The position numbers and the translations under genes are program-made. DNA of 63,655 bases from Bacillota bacterium. GTDB lineage: Bacteria; Bacillota; Limnochordia; JAAZLZ01. Under the pieces are notes generated by a model. It searched no databases. It saw nothing but the letters and a program-made list of their open reading frames with translations, and was not told where the DNA came from. Location: contig JAAYLE010000146.1 of the NCBI GenBank assembly GCA_012522085.1, positions 1 to 63,655 of the forward strand, written 5' to 3'. Numbering within the stretch: position 1 is the stretch's first letter; every line of letters starts with the position of its first letter. Shown here piece by piece: positions 10,143-19,299 of this stretch.

Positions 10143-10171
10143 ATTATAATCCCGCGGACTATGGCTCCCAA
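10143..10171 (-). promoter_or_regulatory. SigA-type promoter for the dodecin gene
   Basis: Minus strand reads TTGGGA-17 nt-TATAAT. The -10 sits inside the palindrome GGGATTATAATCCC, within the spoVAB 3' end. Confidence 0.5.
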
Positions 10172-10578
10172 ACGCGCGGATACAGCCAGTAAAGGAGGGA
10201 CCCTGCCGTCTTGCCTAAGATGAAGGCCAGAAGCAATACCCGTAAAGAATCCTGCAATGAAAGTCGCCGCCCAAGTACGGGCAGCACATTCAGCACTTCC
10301 GTCAAGGCGCCGGCAAAAAGACCAACAAAAATGCCCATGGCAAGGCCGACAAGGATCATGATCCAAGGAGCAAGGCCTAATCCCCCGTCAAAGCCATCAA
10401 AGAGGGCGGCCAGGATGCCGCCGGCGATGATGGCCCTTTCCAGGCTCCGCACCCGATCGTTGATCCCAGTTAGGTGGACTAGCCGGGGGATGATGTCCAG
10501 CACCGTAAGCAGGGCCACCAGGCCTGCCCCCACGGCAATCCCTTCGGCAAAGCCTAGCACTACCGCAAGCAGGGTCAT
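10159..10578 (-). CDS. spoVAB: Stage V sporulation protein AB
   Basis: 139-aa membrane protein, MTLLAVVLGFAEGIAVGAGLVALLTVLDIIPRL...; ATGA overlap with spoVAA. Confidence 0.8.
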   Translation of the reverse strand: MTLLAVVLGFAEGIAVGAGLVALLTVLDIIPRLVHLTGINDRVRSLERAIIAGGILAALFDGFDGGLGLAPWIMILVGLAMGIFVGLFAGALTEVLNVLPVLGRRLSLQDSLRVLLLAFILGKTAGSLLYWLYPRVWEP

Positions 10579-11207
10579 CGATCGCTCTCCTCCTTGCTTC
10601 CCTGCCTTTGGGTCCGGTGGATGATGTGCTTGTTTACGTTTTCCAAATAGCAGTCAATTTCAACTTCTAAGGGGCTCGGTTCTACCCCTTGGTTTCGGGA
10701 GAGTTGATTGAAGAAGATGGCCATCCCCAGTCCTACGCCGATGGAATAGGCGGCTTGCATCGGCAGCGGATATTGCACGGAGCGGCCGGTCAGCAGGCGA
10801 TAGATGGTTCGGTGGACCTGGGCCATCCCTACATCGGCATGGAAATTCATCAGGGCCATACCAGCCCCGATGAACAAAAGCAGCCAAACGAGGGCGAAAT
10901 ACAGCACGCTCCATAGGTCTGCCTGCTTCTTAGGTCCATCGATGGAAACAATGACCGCGGCGGGGCCAAAGGGGAATACCCGAACATGGGGATTGCTCTT
11001 GCGGATGACTTTGATGACCTCGAGGGTGGAGATGACCTGCAGAGAACCTAAGGAGCCCTCCACGGTCCCCACTTGGATCTGGGCTACTTGGTCTTCCACT
11101 TCAGGGTCGGCCGCTATCTCAGCGAGCTGGCCGACGGTCAGCACATCGCCGGGTCGAGCTGCAATCCGTTCCCTTATCCGCAGATAAAGCTCCCTGTCTC
11201 CCATCAT
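10575..11207 (-). CDS. spoVAA: Stage V sporulation protein AA
   Basis: 210 aa with a soluble N-terminal domain plus TM segments. Position and coupling with spoVAB support the call. Confidence 0.75.
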   Translation of the reverse strand: MMGDRELYLRIRERIAARPGDVLTVGQLAEIAADPEVEDQVAQIQVGTVEGSLGSLQVISTLEVIKVIRKSNPHVRVFPFGPAAVIVSIDGPKKQADLWSVLYFALVWLLLFIGAGMALMNFHADVGMAQVHRTIYRLLTGRSVQYPLPMQAAYSIGVGLGMAIFFNQLSRNQGVEPSPLEVEIDCYLENVNKHIIHRTQRQGSKEESDR

Positions 11208-11256
11208 GACCTCGCCCCTTTGTCCTACTAGTGTTGGTCAAAGGGAGAGGCCCCAT

Positions 11257-12192
11257 TCATACCACCCTCTGGAAGACCCGCAGCCAATTCTCCCAAAGGA
11301 TTAGTCTAAGCTCCTCTAGGGAAAGACCCGCCTCGCCGAGGGCCTGGACGAGCTGGGGCATCCTGGTCGCATCTTCAAGACCTACAGGAGCAGCATCGAT
11401 GCCGTCAAAATCCGAACCTAGCCCTACGTGCTCAGGACCGACTAACTCCACCACATGGAGGATATGGCGGACGACATCGTCGATCGTGGCCTGGGGAGCC
11501 ACAGTCAAGAAGGGAGGATAGAAATTGATGCCGACAACCCCGCCCCTCGACGCAATGGCCTTGATTTGATCATCCGTCAGGTTCCGGGGGTGATCCATTA
11601 AGGCGCGGCAGTTGCTGTGGGTGGCCACCCACACCCCATCATCCATCCCCATCGCATCCCAAAAGCCCCGGGTGCTCAAATGGGACACATCCAAGACCAT
11701 CCCAAGCCGAGCGGCCTCCCGCACCACCTGCCGTCCAAGCCTCGTCAGGCCCCCGCCGCTAGTCTCGTCCCCCACGCCGTCAGCCAGCTCATTGCGCAAA
11801 TTCCAGGTCAAAGACAGACAGCGCACGCCTAAAGCATACAAGACCTCCAAGGGTTCCGGACGCCCCTCGAGGGCATCACAACCTTCAAGGGCGAGCACCA
11901 CCCCGAGGTTCCCTCCGCGCAGTCGCCCCCAGTCATCGCCATCCCTGATCAAAAAGGCCTCAGGATACTCTTTGAGGGCCCGATACAAATCGGCGATGCC
12001 GATGAGCACCTGATTGAGGGGGGATATACCTTTCTCTCTGGTGCTGCACAAGGCTAGCACCTGGCAAGCCACCCCTCCCATCCCCATGCGGGGAAAGTCC
12101 CACTGGCCTTCCTGGGACTGCTGCCAGATGACCCGCCCTTGTTCGCTAGCGGTCATCAGGGCGTCACAATGGGCATCAAAAATAGGCACCAA
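11257..12192 (-). CDS. Membrane dipeptidase (peptidase M19)
   Basis: IFDAHCDAL..., HLSTRGFWD and GLGSDFDG motifs. TTG start behind an AGGAGGG SD. Confidence 0.85.
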   Translation of the reverse strand: MVPIFDAHCDALMTASEQGRVIWQQSQEGQWDFPRMGMGGVACQVLALCSTREKGISPLNQVLIGIADLYRALKEYPEAFLIRDGDDWGRLRGGNLGVVLALEGCDALEGRPEPLEVLYALGVRCLSLTWNLRNELADGVGDETSGGGLTRLGRQVVREAARLGMVLDVSHLSTRGFWDAMGMDDGVWVATHSNCRALMDHPRNLTDDQIKAIASRGGVVGINFYPPFLTVAPQATIDDVVRHILHVVELVGPEHVGLGSDFDGIDAAPVGLEDATRMPQLVQALGEAGLSLEELRLILWENWLRVFQRVV

Positions 12193-12214
12193 CGTCCAAT
12201 CCCTCCTGCCGGGC

Positions 12215-12252
12215 AGAAAAATAAGACTCGCCTGTTGTCACCCAGACGAGCC
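12215..12252 (-). terminator. Rho-independent terminator after spoVS
   Basis: 10-bp stem (2 G:U pairs), GGCTCGTCTG-ggtgacaa-CAGGCGAGTC on the minus strand, followed by TTATTTTTCT. Confidence 0.6.
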
Positions 12253-12273
12253 CCACTCCCTAGTGATGGCCGA

Positions 12274-12534
12274 TTAACGAGGCTGAACTATCAGCTTGAT
12301 CGCGGTTCTCTCCTCACCGTCGATGATGATGTCGGTAAACGCCGGGATACAGACTAGATCGATCCCGCTTGGGGCGACAAAACCCCTGGCAATAGCCACG
12401 GCCTTCACCGCCTGATTGATGGCCCCCGCCCCGATGGCTTGGATTTCGGCTCCTCCCTTTTCTCGAACGACGCTGGCTAATGCTCCGGCTACCGAGTTGG
12501 GGTTGGACTTGGTCGATACCTTCAGGACTTCCAC
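12274..12534 (-). CDS. spoVS: Stage V sporulation protein S
   Basis: EVLKVSTKSNPNSVAGALASVVREKGGAEIQAIGAGAINQAVKAVAIARGFVAPSGIDLVCIPAFTDIIIDGEERTAIKLIV is near-identical to the SpoVS consensus. Start is GTG 12534, 7 nt after GGAGGGGG. Confidence 0.95.
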   Translation of the reverse strand: MEVLKVSTKSNPNSVAGALASVVREKGGAEIQAIGAGAINQAVKAVAIARGFVAPSGIDLVCIPAFTDIIIDGEERTAIKLIVQPR

Positions 12535-12630
12535 AAACGCTACCCCCTCCGGTGGTGTCAATTGTCTGCCATTGTACTTAGATATTATCTATTGCCTGGC
12601 AAAAACCCTTTTTTGTGGAAGCAATTTTGT

Positions 12631-13419
12631 CTATTTAGTCTCATCATTCACTTCCCAAATGCGTTCGATGCCTAGAGCCTTGCCCGATACCGGATCGATA
12701 TCGATGATGACCGCTCCCAACACAACCGGGCCGCCGGCCACCACGAACCGAGCCGGCAGTTGGGTATGAAAGCGTTCCAAGATGACTTCTTTCTTGATGC
12801 CGATCACCGAATCCAGCGGACCGGTCATTCCCAAGTCAGTTATGTAAGCCGTACCCTGGGGAAGGACGCGGGCATCGGCCGTCTGGACATGGGTGTGGGT
12901 GCCGACAACCGCGCTCACTTTGCCGTCGAGGTGCCATCCCATCGCTACCTTCTCCGCGGTGGCCTCAGCGTGGAAGTCCACAATCACCACCGGCACCCTG
13001 TCAGCGATCTCCCCCAGTACTTTGGTTGCCGCCCGGAAGGGACAGTCAAGTTCACCCATGAAAACCCTGCCGGCCAGGTTAAGGACGCAGATAGGAACGT
13101 CTTGGCATTGGAATACGCCCCACCCTCGGCCAGGCACCCCCGGCGGATAATTCTCCGGACGCAAAATCCGCGGTTCCTCCTCGAGGAACTGATAGATCTC
13201 CCTTTTGTCCCAGATGTGGTTGCCGCTGGTTAGAACATCGATCCCCATCGCGAACAATTCCTCCGCCACGGGAGCAGTGAGCCCAAATCCCCCCGCCCCG
13301 TTCTCCCCGTTGCAGATGACGAAATTGATGTTCCGTTCCTTTTTCAACCTAGGCAACACCCGTCGCAACAGATTGCGACCGGGCCGACCGACCACATCGC
13401 CTATCATCAGGACGCGCAC
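12631..13419 (-). CDS. ymdB: YmdB-family metallophosphoesterase (2',3'-cyclic-nucleotide phosphodiesterase)
   Basis: MRVLMIGDVVGRPGR...NGENGAGGFG...GNHIWD...DFHAEATAEK...GTHTHVQTAD. Confidence 0.92.
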   Translation of the reverse strand: MRVLMIGDVVGRPGRNLLRRVLPRLKKERNINFVICNGENGAGGFGLTAPVAEELFAMGIDVLTSGNHIWDKREIYQFLEEEPRILRPENYPPGVPGRGWGVFQCQDVPICVLNLAGRVFMGELDCPFRAATKVLGEIADRVPVVIVDFHAEATAEKVAMGWHLDGKVSAVVGTHTHVQTADARVLPQGTAYITDLGMTGPLDSVIGIKKEVILERFHTQLPARFVVAGGPVVLGAVIIDIDPVSGKALGIERIWEVNDETK

Positions 13420-13447
13420 CGAAATGTCTCCTCCATCTGTCGAATTG

Positions 13448-14011
13448 TCAGCGAAACCTCAATAAAGATCGCCTTCGGCTCTCATTAGCTATGATGACAC
13501 GACCTTCCTCCCGAAATCCAAAGACTTCCCGGCCGCTCCGCTCCGAGCGCACCTCCGCCAGGATCTCCTCCATCATTTCTTGTTGAAAGACCCGTTCATC
13601 TTCGTCCAGGAAAGGCAAATCAACCATCAGCTCCTCGAGGAAGGCCTCCCGTATCACACCTACCAGGACCCCCAACTCGCCCGGGGTGAGGCTGTCCACA
13701 TCCCGCTCCACCTCTAGCTGGGTGAGTTCATCCCACACCTCATGGGAAAACCGACAAACCTCAATGGGCACATCCATCTGAAACAAGTCCCAATAGACTG
13801 CCAGGGCCTCCTGGAGGTTCTGCGTCAAGGAAGAGGCTTCACCCTCTGTCAGCCTCCTGGTTATGGTAAAGGAAAGGGTTAATGACCGAGAGCGGGGTCG
13901 AAGTTTAACCGTTGCTATTTCTGGATAGCAAACGAGCACCGAAACAAGAAACTGCGCCGAATTTGACAGTTCGTTCGCCGTCCCCTCCCTGGGCAAAAAG
14001 TTGATCATCAT
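13448..14011 (-). CDS. Hypothetical acidic protein (187 aa)
   Basis: Start is ATG 14011/14008 behind an AAGGGAGGGG SD. No motif recognised. Inserted between rny and ymdB. Confidence 0.55.
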   Translation of the reverse strand: MMINFLPREGTANELSNSAQFLVSVLVCYPEIATVKLRPRSRSLTLSFTITRRLTEGEASSLTQNLQEALAVYWDLFQMDVPIEVCRFSHEVWDELTQLEVERDVDSLTPGELGVLVGVIREAFLEELMVDLPFLDEDERVFQQEMMEEILAEVRSERSGREVFGFREEGRVIIANESRRRSLLRFR

Positions 14012-14063
14012 GACCCCTCCCTTACAAGTTATAGGCGGGGCAATGCCCCGCCTCTCCCTTGCC

Positions 14064-15614
14064 TTACTTCGCATAGTCAATCGCTCGGGTTTCCCTAATC
14101 ACCGTGACCTTGATTTGACCTGGATACTCCAGTTCTTGCTCAATCCGTTTGGCAACATCCCGAGCCACTTTGACGGCCGCGAGATCATCGATCCGGTCAG
14201 GTTTGACCATGATGCGGATTTCCCGACCAGCCTGGATGGCATAGGCCTTTTCCACCCCATCAAAGGAGTCAGCTATCCCTTCCAGCTTCTCTAGCCTCTT
14301 AATGTAGGCCTCGAGGGTCTCCCGCCTGGCTCCAGGGCGAGCCGCGGAGATGGAGTCCGCAGCTGCCACCAGCACAGCCTCCACCGTCTGGGCATCGATA
14401 TCGCCATGGTGGCAGGCGACCGCATGGATTACTTCTGGGTCTTCCTTATACTTCTTCAGCAAATCGACGCCAATTTGGACGTGGGTTCCTTCAATCTCAT
14501 GATCCACAGCCTTACCGATATCGTGGAGAAGGCCTGCTCGTCTGGCCAAGTTCTCATCAGCCCCCAGTTCAGCGGCCATCATCGCCGCCAGGGCTGCCAC
14601 CTCGATGGAGTGGCGCAAGACGTTTTGACCATAGCTGGTTCGGAAGCGCAATCGACCCAGCATGCGCACCAGCTCTGGATGCAGTCCGTGGACATTGGCT
14701 TCAAAAGTAGCCTGTTCCCCTTCCTCCCGGATGATGGTCTCCACTTCTTTCCTGGCCTTGTCAACCATTTCTTCAATTCGGGCTGGGTGGATCCGCCCGT
14801 CGGTGATCAGCTTCTCCAAGGCGATGCGGGCAATCTCCCGCCGGACAGGATCGAATCCGGATAAAATGACCGCTTCCGGCGTGTCATCGATGATCAAATC
14901 GATGCCAGTCAATGTCTCGAGGGTCCGGATATTCCTCCCCTCTCGCCCGATAATCCGCCCCTTCATCTCATCGTTGGGCAGACTGACGACTGAAACGGTC
15001 GTTTCCGCCACATGGTCGGCCGCATAACGCTGAATGGCCAGGGCGATGAGCTTGCGAGCCCGCTTTTCTCCTTCTTCTTTGGCCTGGTTTTCAATCTCTT
15101 TGATGAGCATCGCGGCATCCTGGCGGACGTCCTGTTCCACCCTTTGCAACAGAAGCTCTCTGGCTTCATCGGATGTCATGTTGCTTAGCCGCTCCAGGAC
15201 TTTTGTCTGCTCCTCCATGACTTCTTCGACTTCCCGAAAGCGCCTGTCCAGTTCGGCCTGTTTGCGATTGAGATGCTGCTCCCTATCCTCAATGCTTTGG
15301 GTGCGCCGATCGACAATTTCTTCCCGCTGGAGCAAGCGCTTCTCTAGTTGCTGCAAATCCGCACGGCGCTCCCGGACTTCCCGGTCGAGATCCCTGCGCA
15401 CCCGATGGGCCTCTTCCTTCGCTTCCAAAAGCAACTCCCGTTTGCGGGCCTCAGCTTCCTTTTCGGCATCGGCCAGCATCCTCTTAACGGCCTCTTCGGC
15501 TGATGCGATCTTGGCCTCGGCCAAGTATTTGCGAACGGCGTAGCCGGCTACGCCAGAAAGTAGCGCGACGAATATGATCAGAGCTGCTAGTATTGTCTTC
15601 ACCTCCCTATGCAC
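14064..15614 (-). CDS. rny: Ribonuclease Y
   Basis: N-terminal TM, long coiled coil, KH domain ([12 protein letters not shown]) and HD domain (LLHDIGKA...HH). The start is uncertain: GTG 15614 (track) lies upstream of the AGGGAGG SD, and GTG 15602 directly abuts it. Confidence 0.93.
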   Translation of the reverse strand: MHREVKTILAALIIFVALLSGVAGYAVRKYLAEAKIASAEEAVKRMLADAEKEAEARKRELLLEAKEEAHRVRRDLDREVRERRADLQQLEKRLLQREEIVDRRTQSIEDREQHLNRKQAELDRRFREVEEVMEEQTKVLERLSNMTSDEARELLLQRVEQDVRQDAAMLIKEIENQAKEEGEKRARKLIALAIQRYAADHVAETTVSVVSLPNDEMKGRIIGREGRNIRTLETLTGIDLIIDDTPEAVILSGFDPVRREIARIALEKLITDGRIHPARIEEMVDKARKEVETIIREEGEQATFEANVHGLHPELVRMLGRLRFRTSYGQNVLRHSIEVAALAAMMAAELGADENLARRAGLLHDIGKAVDHEIEGTHVQIGVDLLKKYKEDPEVIHAVACHHGDIDAQTVEAVLVAAADSISAARPGARRETLEAYIKRLEKLEGIADSFDGVEKAYAIQAGREIRIMVKPDRIDDLAAVKVARDVAKRIEQELEYPGQIKVTVIRETRAIDYAK

Positions 15615-15621
15615 AATTTTT

Positions 15622-15656
15622 GTGCAGAAACAAGCCGAGTACTGAGACTCGGCTTG
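15622..15656 (-). terminator. Strong hairpin plus U-tract between recX and rny (recX terminator and/or rny leader attenuator)
   Basis: CAAGCCGAGT-6 nt-ACTCGGCTTG is a perfect 10-bp stem (15631-15656), followed on the minus strand by TTTCTGCAC. Confidence 0.7.
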
Positions 15657-15720
15657 TGGCAGTCAAGCTCACCCCAACCGGGATGACTATTGGTAGTCTG
15701 GCACCCGCCATATCGGTCCC

Positions 15721-15749
15721 ATTGTACTGTCTTTCCCATACAGTGTCAA
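15721..15749 (-). promoter_or_regulatory. SigA-type promoter upstream of rny
   Basis: Minus strand reads TTGACA-17 nt-TACAAT. The -35 overlaps the recX stop codon (15746-15748). Confidence 0.65.
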
Positions 15750-16225
15750 GCAAGGGGGCCACCTATAACTTCTCGGACAACTCTACTGATGATGCCGAAC
15801 GCGAAACCCCTTCGGACGAGGTAAGCAGCTAGTTTCCGCGCCGCCGCCTCGGGATCGTCTCCATGGTAGCGAGGCATCCTCTGTCGGGCCAGATCCCGGG
15901 CGATGGCATACTCCTGCTCATCTTCGGGACCCAGATCCGCCATCTCCTCATCGATGATCTGCCGGTCCACACCCTTAGCCAACAAGTCCTGCCGCAGCCG
16001 GTGATACCCGTTTTTCCGCCGACGCCACGCAATCCATTGCCGGACAAAGCGACGGTCGTCGATGTAGCCAAGACTTGTTAGCCTCTGCAGAGTACGGGCG
16101 ATGACCTCTTCGCCGTAGCCTCTGCTTGCCAGGTAGGCAGCCATCTCCCCCCGGGTCCGATCCCGGTGAGCAAGATAGCGAAAGGCCTTTTCTAGGGCAT
16201 CTTTTTCGGACTGCTCCACTTTCAT
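15746..16225 (-). CDS. recX: Recombination regulator RecX
   Basis: RecX-like helical repeats (ALRYL..RRDRT..E...L..KG). ATGA overlap with the recA stop. Confidence 0.85.
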   Translation of the reverse strand: MKVEQSEKDALEKAFRYLAHRDRTRGEMAAYLASRGYGEEVIARTLQRLTSLGYIDDRRFVRQWIAWRRRKNGYHRLRQDLLAKGVDRQIIDEEMADLGPEDEQEYAIARDLARQRMPRYHGDDPEAAARKLAAYLVRRGFAFGIISRVVREVIGGPLA

Positions 16226-17253
16226 TCCTTAGCCTCGGTTCCTTCCGAAGCAGCCTCCTTGGTGGCAGCGAGACCAACGGCCTGCCTGGCCTTAAGCTCG
16301 ATCTCCATGGCCACTTCAGGATTCTCCCTCAGGAATGTCTTGGCATTCTCCCGCCCCTGCCCTAACCGCAGATCGCCGTAGGAATACCAAGCGCCAGTCT
16401 TGGTGACGATATCCAAGGCGGCGGCGACATCGAGGATGTTGCCTTCCTTGGAAATGCCCTCTCCGTACATAATGTCAAATTCTGCTTCTCGGAAAGGCGG
16501 GGCTACCTTGTTCTTAACAATCCTCACCCGAGTTCTGTTGCCGATGGTTTCCGTACCCTGTTTGATGCTCTCAATTCGCCGGATATCCATCCTGACGGAC
16601 GCATAAAACTTCAGCGCCCTGCCTCCGGGAGTGACTTCCGGGTTGCCAAACATGACCCCTACCTTCTCCCGGATCTGGTTGATGAACACAACAGTGGTAC
16701 GCGACTTGTTAATGGCCCCAGTCAGTTTTCTGAGCGCCTGAGACATCAACCTCGCCTGCAGCCCAACGTGGGAGTCGCCCATCTCGCCTTCGATTTCCGC
16801 CCGGGGAACGAGGGCGGCCACCGAATCCACCACAACCACATCTACCGCTCCGCTGCGAACCAACGCCTCAGCGATCTCCAGGGCTTGTTCGGCGGTGTCT
16901 GGCTGGGAAATCAGCAAAGTGTCCAGGTCCAAGCCTAATCGTTGGGCATAGTTTGGATCTTGCGCGTGTTCCGCGTCGATGAAGGCAGCAATGCCGCCCT
17001 CCTTTTGGGCCTCGGCCATGATGTGCATAGCCAGGGTGGTCTTGCCCGACGCCTCCGGCCCGAAGATCTCCACTACTCGCCCCCGGGGCACGCCTCCTAC
17101 CCCGAGTGCAATATCCAAGGCTAATGAACCGGTAGGGATCACTTCAACGTTAAGCTTGTCAGAAGCTTCCCCCAGCCTCATGATCGAACCTTTGCCAAAC
17201 TGCCTCTCGATCTGCAGCAGGGCCAACTCCAATGCCTTCTGCTTTTCAGTCAA
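16222..17253 (-). CDS. recA: Recombinase RecA
   Basis: [27 protein letters not shown] (Walker A) and [32 protein letters not shown]. Start is TTG 17253 behind GGGAGGAG; the track start 17325 overlaps thpR. Confidence 0.97.
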   Translation of the reverse strand: MTEKQKALELALLQIERQFGKGSIMRLGEASDKLNVEVIPTGSLALDIALGVGGVPRGRVVEIFGPEASGKTTLAMHIMAEAQKEGGIAAFIDAEHAQDPNYAQRLGLDLDTLLISQPDTAEQALEIAEALVRSGAVDVVVVDSVAALVPRAEIEGEMGDSHVGLQARLMSQALRKLTGAINKSRTTVVFINQIREKVGVMFGNPEVTPGGRALKFYASVRMDIRRIESIKQGTETIGNRTRVRIVKNKVAPPFREAEFDIMYGEGISKEGNILDVAAALDIVTKTGAWYSYGDLRLGQGRENAKTFLRENPEVAMEIELKARQAVGLAATKEAASEGTEAKE

Positions 17254-17830
17254 GCCCCTTCTCCTCCCATCCCTCAACTTCGCCTGCCAACGGAAACTCG
17301 TGTAGACGAGTGTAGATTGGTCCACTGCGGGTAAGGGCGCTTTGGATCAGACTAACCCTTTCCACGGTAAACCGGCCCAGTTTGAGATCCGCTGCTTCTT
17401 TTAACACCGGGATGGCCCGGGCATCCTTTACTCGCCCGATGGTAAGATGGGGGCGAAATGGCTGCTTCTCGGGGGGAAACTCCTTCCTTACCGCTTCGGC
17501 AAGGCTGCACAGCTGTTCTTTTCCCTGCCCAACACCAATCCAAATCACCCTCGGTCGGCTGGCCGATGGGAACGCCCCGATTCCGGCCAGCTCTACCCCA
17601 AACTGGTGAAAACCCCGCAGTCCACGGTCGATCGATCCTGCTATCTTGTCTAGATCGTCAACGGAGACCTCTCCCAGGAACTTCAGGGTAAAGTGGAGAT
17701 TATGGGCTTCGACCCATTTGACCCTTTGCCAGCCATCCCTAGCTAGTTGTTCTTGCACGGCAACGACCCCTGGGGCAAGCTTCGGGTCCAACTCTACCGC
17801 CACAAAGGCCCTCAAACTGGCCATGAACAT
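17246..17830 (-). CDS. thpR: RNA 2',3'-cyclic phosphodiesterase (2H family, ThpR/LigT)
   Basis: Two HxTx motifs, HFTLKFLG and HLTIGR. Confidence 0.85.
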   Translation of the reverse strand: MFMASLRAFVAVELDPKLAPGVVAVQEQLARDGWQRVKWVEAHNLHFTLKFLGEVSVDDLDKIAGSIDRGLRGFHQFGVELAGIGAFPSASRPRVIWIGVGQGKEQLCSLAEAVRKEFPPEKQPFRPHLTIGRVKDARAIPVLKEAADLKLGRFTVERVSLIQSALTRSGPIYTRLHEFPLAGEVEGWEEKGLD

Positions 17831-17910
17831 TACTCCCTCGCTGGATCTCCGGACATGGTTGAGCTCACAGACTCGGTGGTTACTTCGACAAGAGGATATT
17901 CTTTTCCTTG

Positions 17911-19299
17911 TCAGTCCTTAGACCCAAAGGCGAATCGCTCAAGGGTGAATCCACCTGGCAAAGTATCTACCTTGATCGTATCCACTGCCAAAAGTTCCAA
18001 TTCCTCCCCGCCGAAATAAAGCAAGGCCATGGAAAAAGGAATCGGTTCCTTGGCCTGGAGACTGCGGATCCCCGCCGCACCAGTTGTTCCCGCCCCAACG
18101 AGGACTCTTCCTTCTTGACTCTTCACGCCCAGGCGATGATCATGTCCATACAGAATGACGGGAACCTCCTCTTTGACCAGGGCAGCCACCCGATGGTTGT
18201 GGACAGCCAAGAGGAGGGGCTCCATGTCCGCAACTAGCCCGTCGATCATCCCCGCCATTTGCTCCACTTGGGCGAGGCTCATTGCCGCCGGAGACGACTG
18301 GGAGGCGCCCCCATCGGCGACGCCCAAGATCCGCAGGCCACTAAACTCAACCTGCTGACCGTCGAGCACCACCACATTGGTCCCTTCCCGCAGACGCCTG
18401 ACCACCTCCGGCGTTTCGTGGTTCCCGGGAACGAACAGGTAAGGAACCCCCAGCTCCTCAATTCTGTCGACGAGCCCCAATTCCAGGGGGGTGCCAAAAT
18501 CGGTCAAGTCCCCAGTATCAATGATTAGATCCACTCCAAAACTCGCGGCCACCTGTTGGATGAAGTCGAAAGCCGCCACATTGTTATGAATATCGGAGAC
18601 GTGGAGAACCTTCAGCGCCGGTTCAGCCACCCCCAATGGCTCTAGTTCCTGTACCCGTTCATAGAGGGAATAGAGATTAGACGCCAGGACCTGAAGTTGA
18701 TCGCCAAGCTCCCCAACCCGCTGCCAACTGTCCTGCAACAGGCCAACCATCCAAGGAGCTGCCTCCAAGACTCCCGTGTATTCCGGCTGGGCGAAGGCGG
18801 CGGGATCGAAGCTTAGGGCGACCGCGCCGGCAAGGAGCAGGAAGCAGGCCGCGCCCACGGCGAGTCCCCCTGTTAAGCGACGCCATGATCGCTCGCCAAT
18901 GAGCCATACTCCGAGCATCCCGCCGAGGGCCATGAGCAAGCATGCTTTTAGGAGGAATAACCCTAGGGCGCCCTGGGCTAAATGGACGAGGTGAACCAGG
19001 ACCTCCTCGGGGCCACCCGTCGGAAAGGCCATATCCCTGATCAAGCTCAGATCAATGCTTTCCAGGGTCACTTGCAGCGTTACCGGCAATCGATGGGTCG
19101 GCGCCTCCACTACACCTAAGGGAGGAAGGGCCAGGCGGGTTTTTCCCGCCAGGCCCGCGAGCAACTTGGCCCGCATTTCAATCTGCAAAGCACCAACCCG
19201 GTAGCTCAAGCTGCCGGCCAGGTTAAGCAGCAGGAGGGCTCCTACTAAGGCGGCCAATATGGGCAGGAGGCGTTTTTGGCGAGAATCGCTAATCATCAT
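17911..19299 (-). CDS. Membrane-anchored metallophosphoesterase
   Basis: N-terminal TM region followed by VLHVSDIHN, DTGDLTDFG, VPGNHE and GHDH motifs. Start is ATG 19299, forming an ATGA overlap with the cinA stop. Confidence 0.8.
   Translation of the reverse strand: MMISDSRQKRLLPILAALVGALLLLNLAGSLSYRVGALQIEMRAKLLAGLAGKTRLALPPLGVVEAPTHRLPVTLQVTLESIDLSLIRDMAFPTGGPEEVLVHLVHLAQGALGLFLLKACLLMALGGMLGVWLIGERSWRRLTGGLAVGAACFLLLAGAVALSFDPAAFAQPEYTGVLEAAPWMVGLLQDSWQRVGELGDQLQVLASNLYSLYERVQELEPLGVAEPALKVLHVSDIHNNVAAFDFIQQVAASFGVDLIIDTGDLTDFGTPLELGLVDRIEELGVPYLFVPGNHETPEVVRRLREGTNVVVLDGQQVEFSGLRILGVADGGASQSSPAAMSLAQVEQMAGMIDGLVADMEPLLLAVHNHRVAALVKEEVPVILYGHDHRLGVKSQEGRVLVGAGTTGAAGIRSLQAKEPIPFSMALLYFGGEELELLAVDTIKVDTLPGGFTLERFAFGSKD

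Noticed and set aside
17300-17316. Direct repeat GTGTAGA x2 at 10-bp spacing, 47-63 nt upstream of the recA start. I also searched here for a LexA (Cheo) box.
   Set aside because: The repeat lies inside the thpR coding sequence (IYTRLH). A 7-mer pair at a fixed spacing is expected a few times by chance in 63 kb. No GAAC-N4-GTTC motif was seen within about 150 nt upstream of recA, thpR or cinA.
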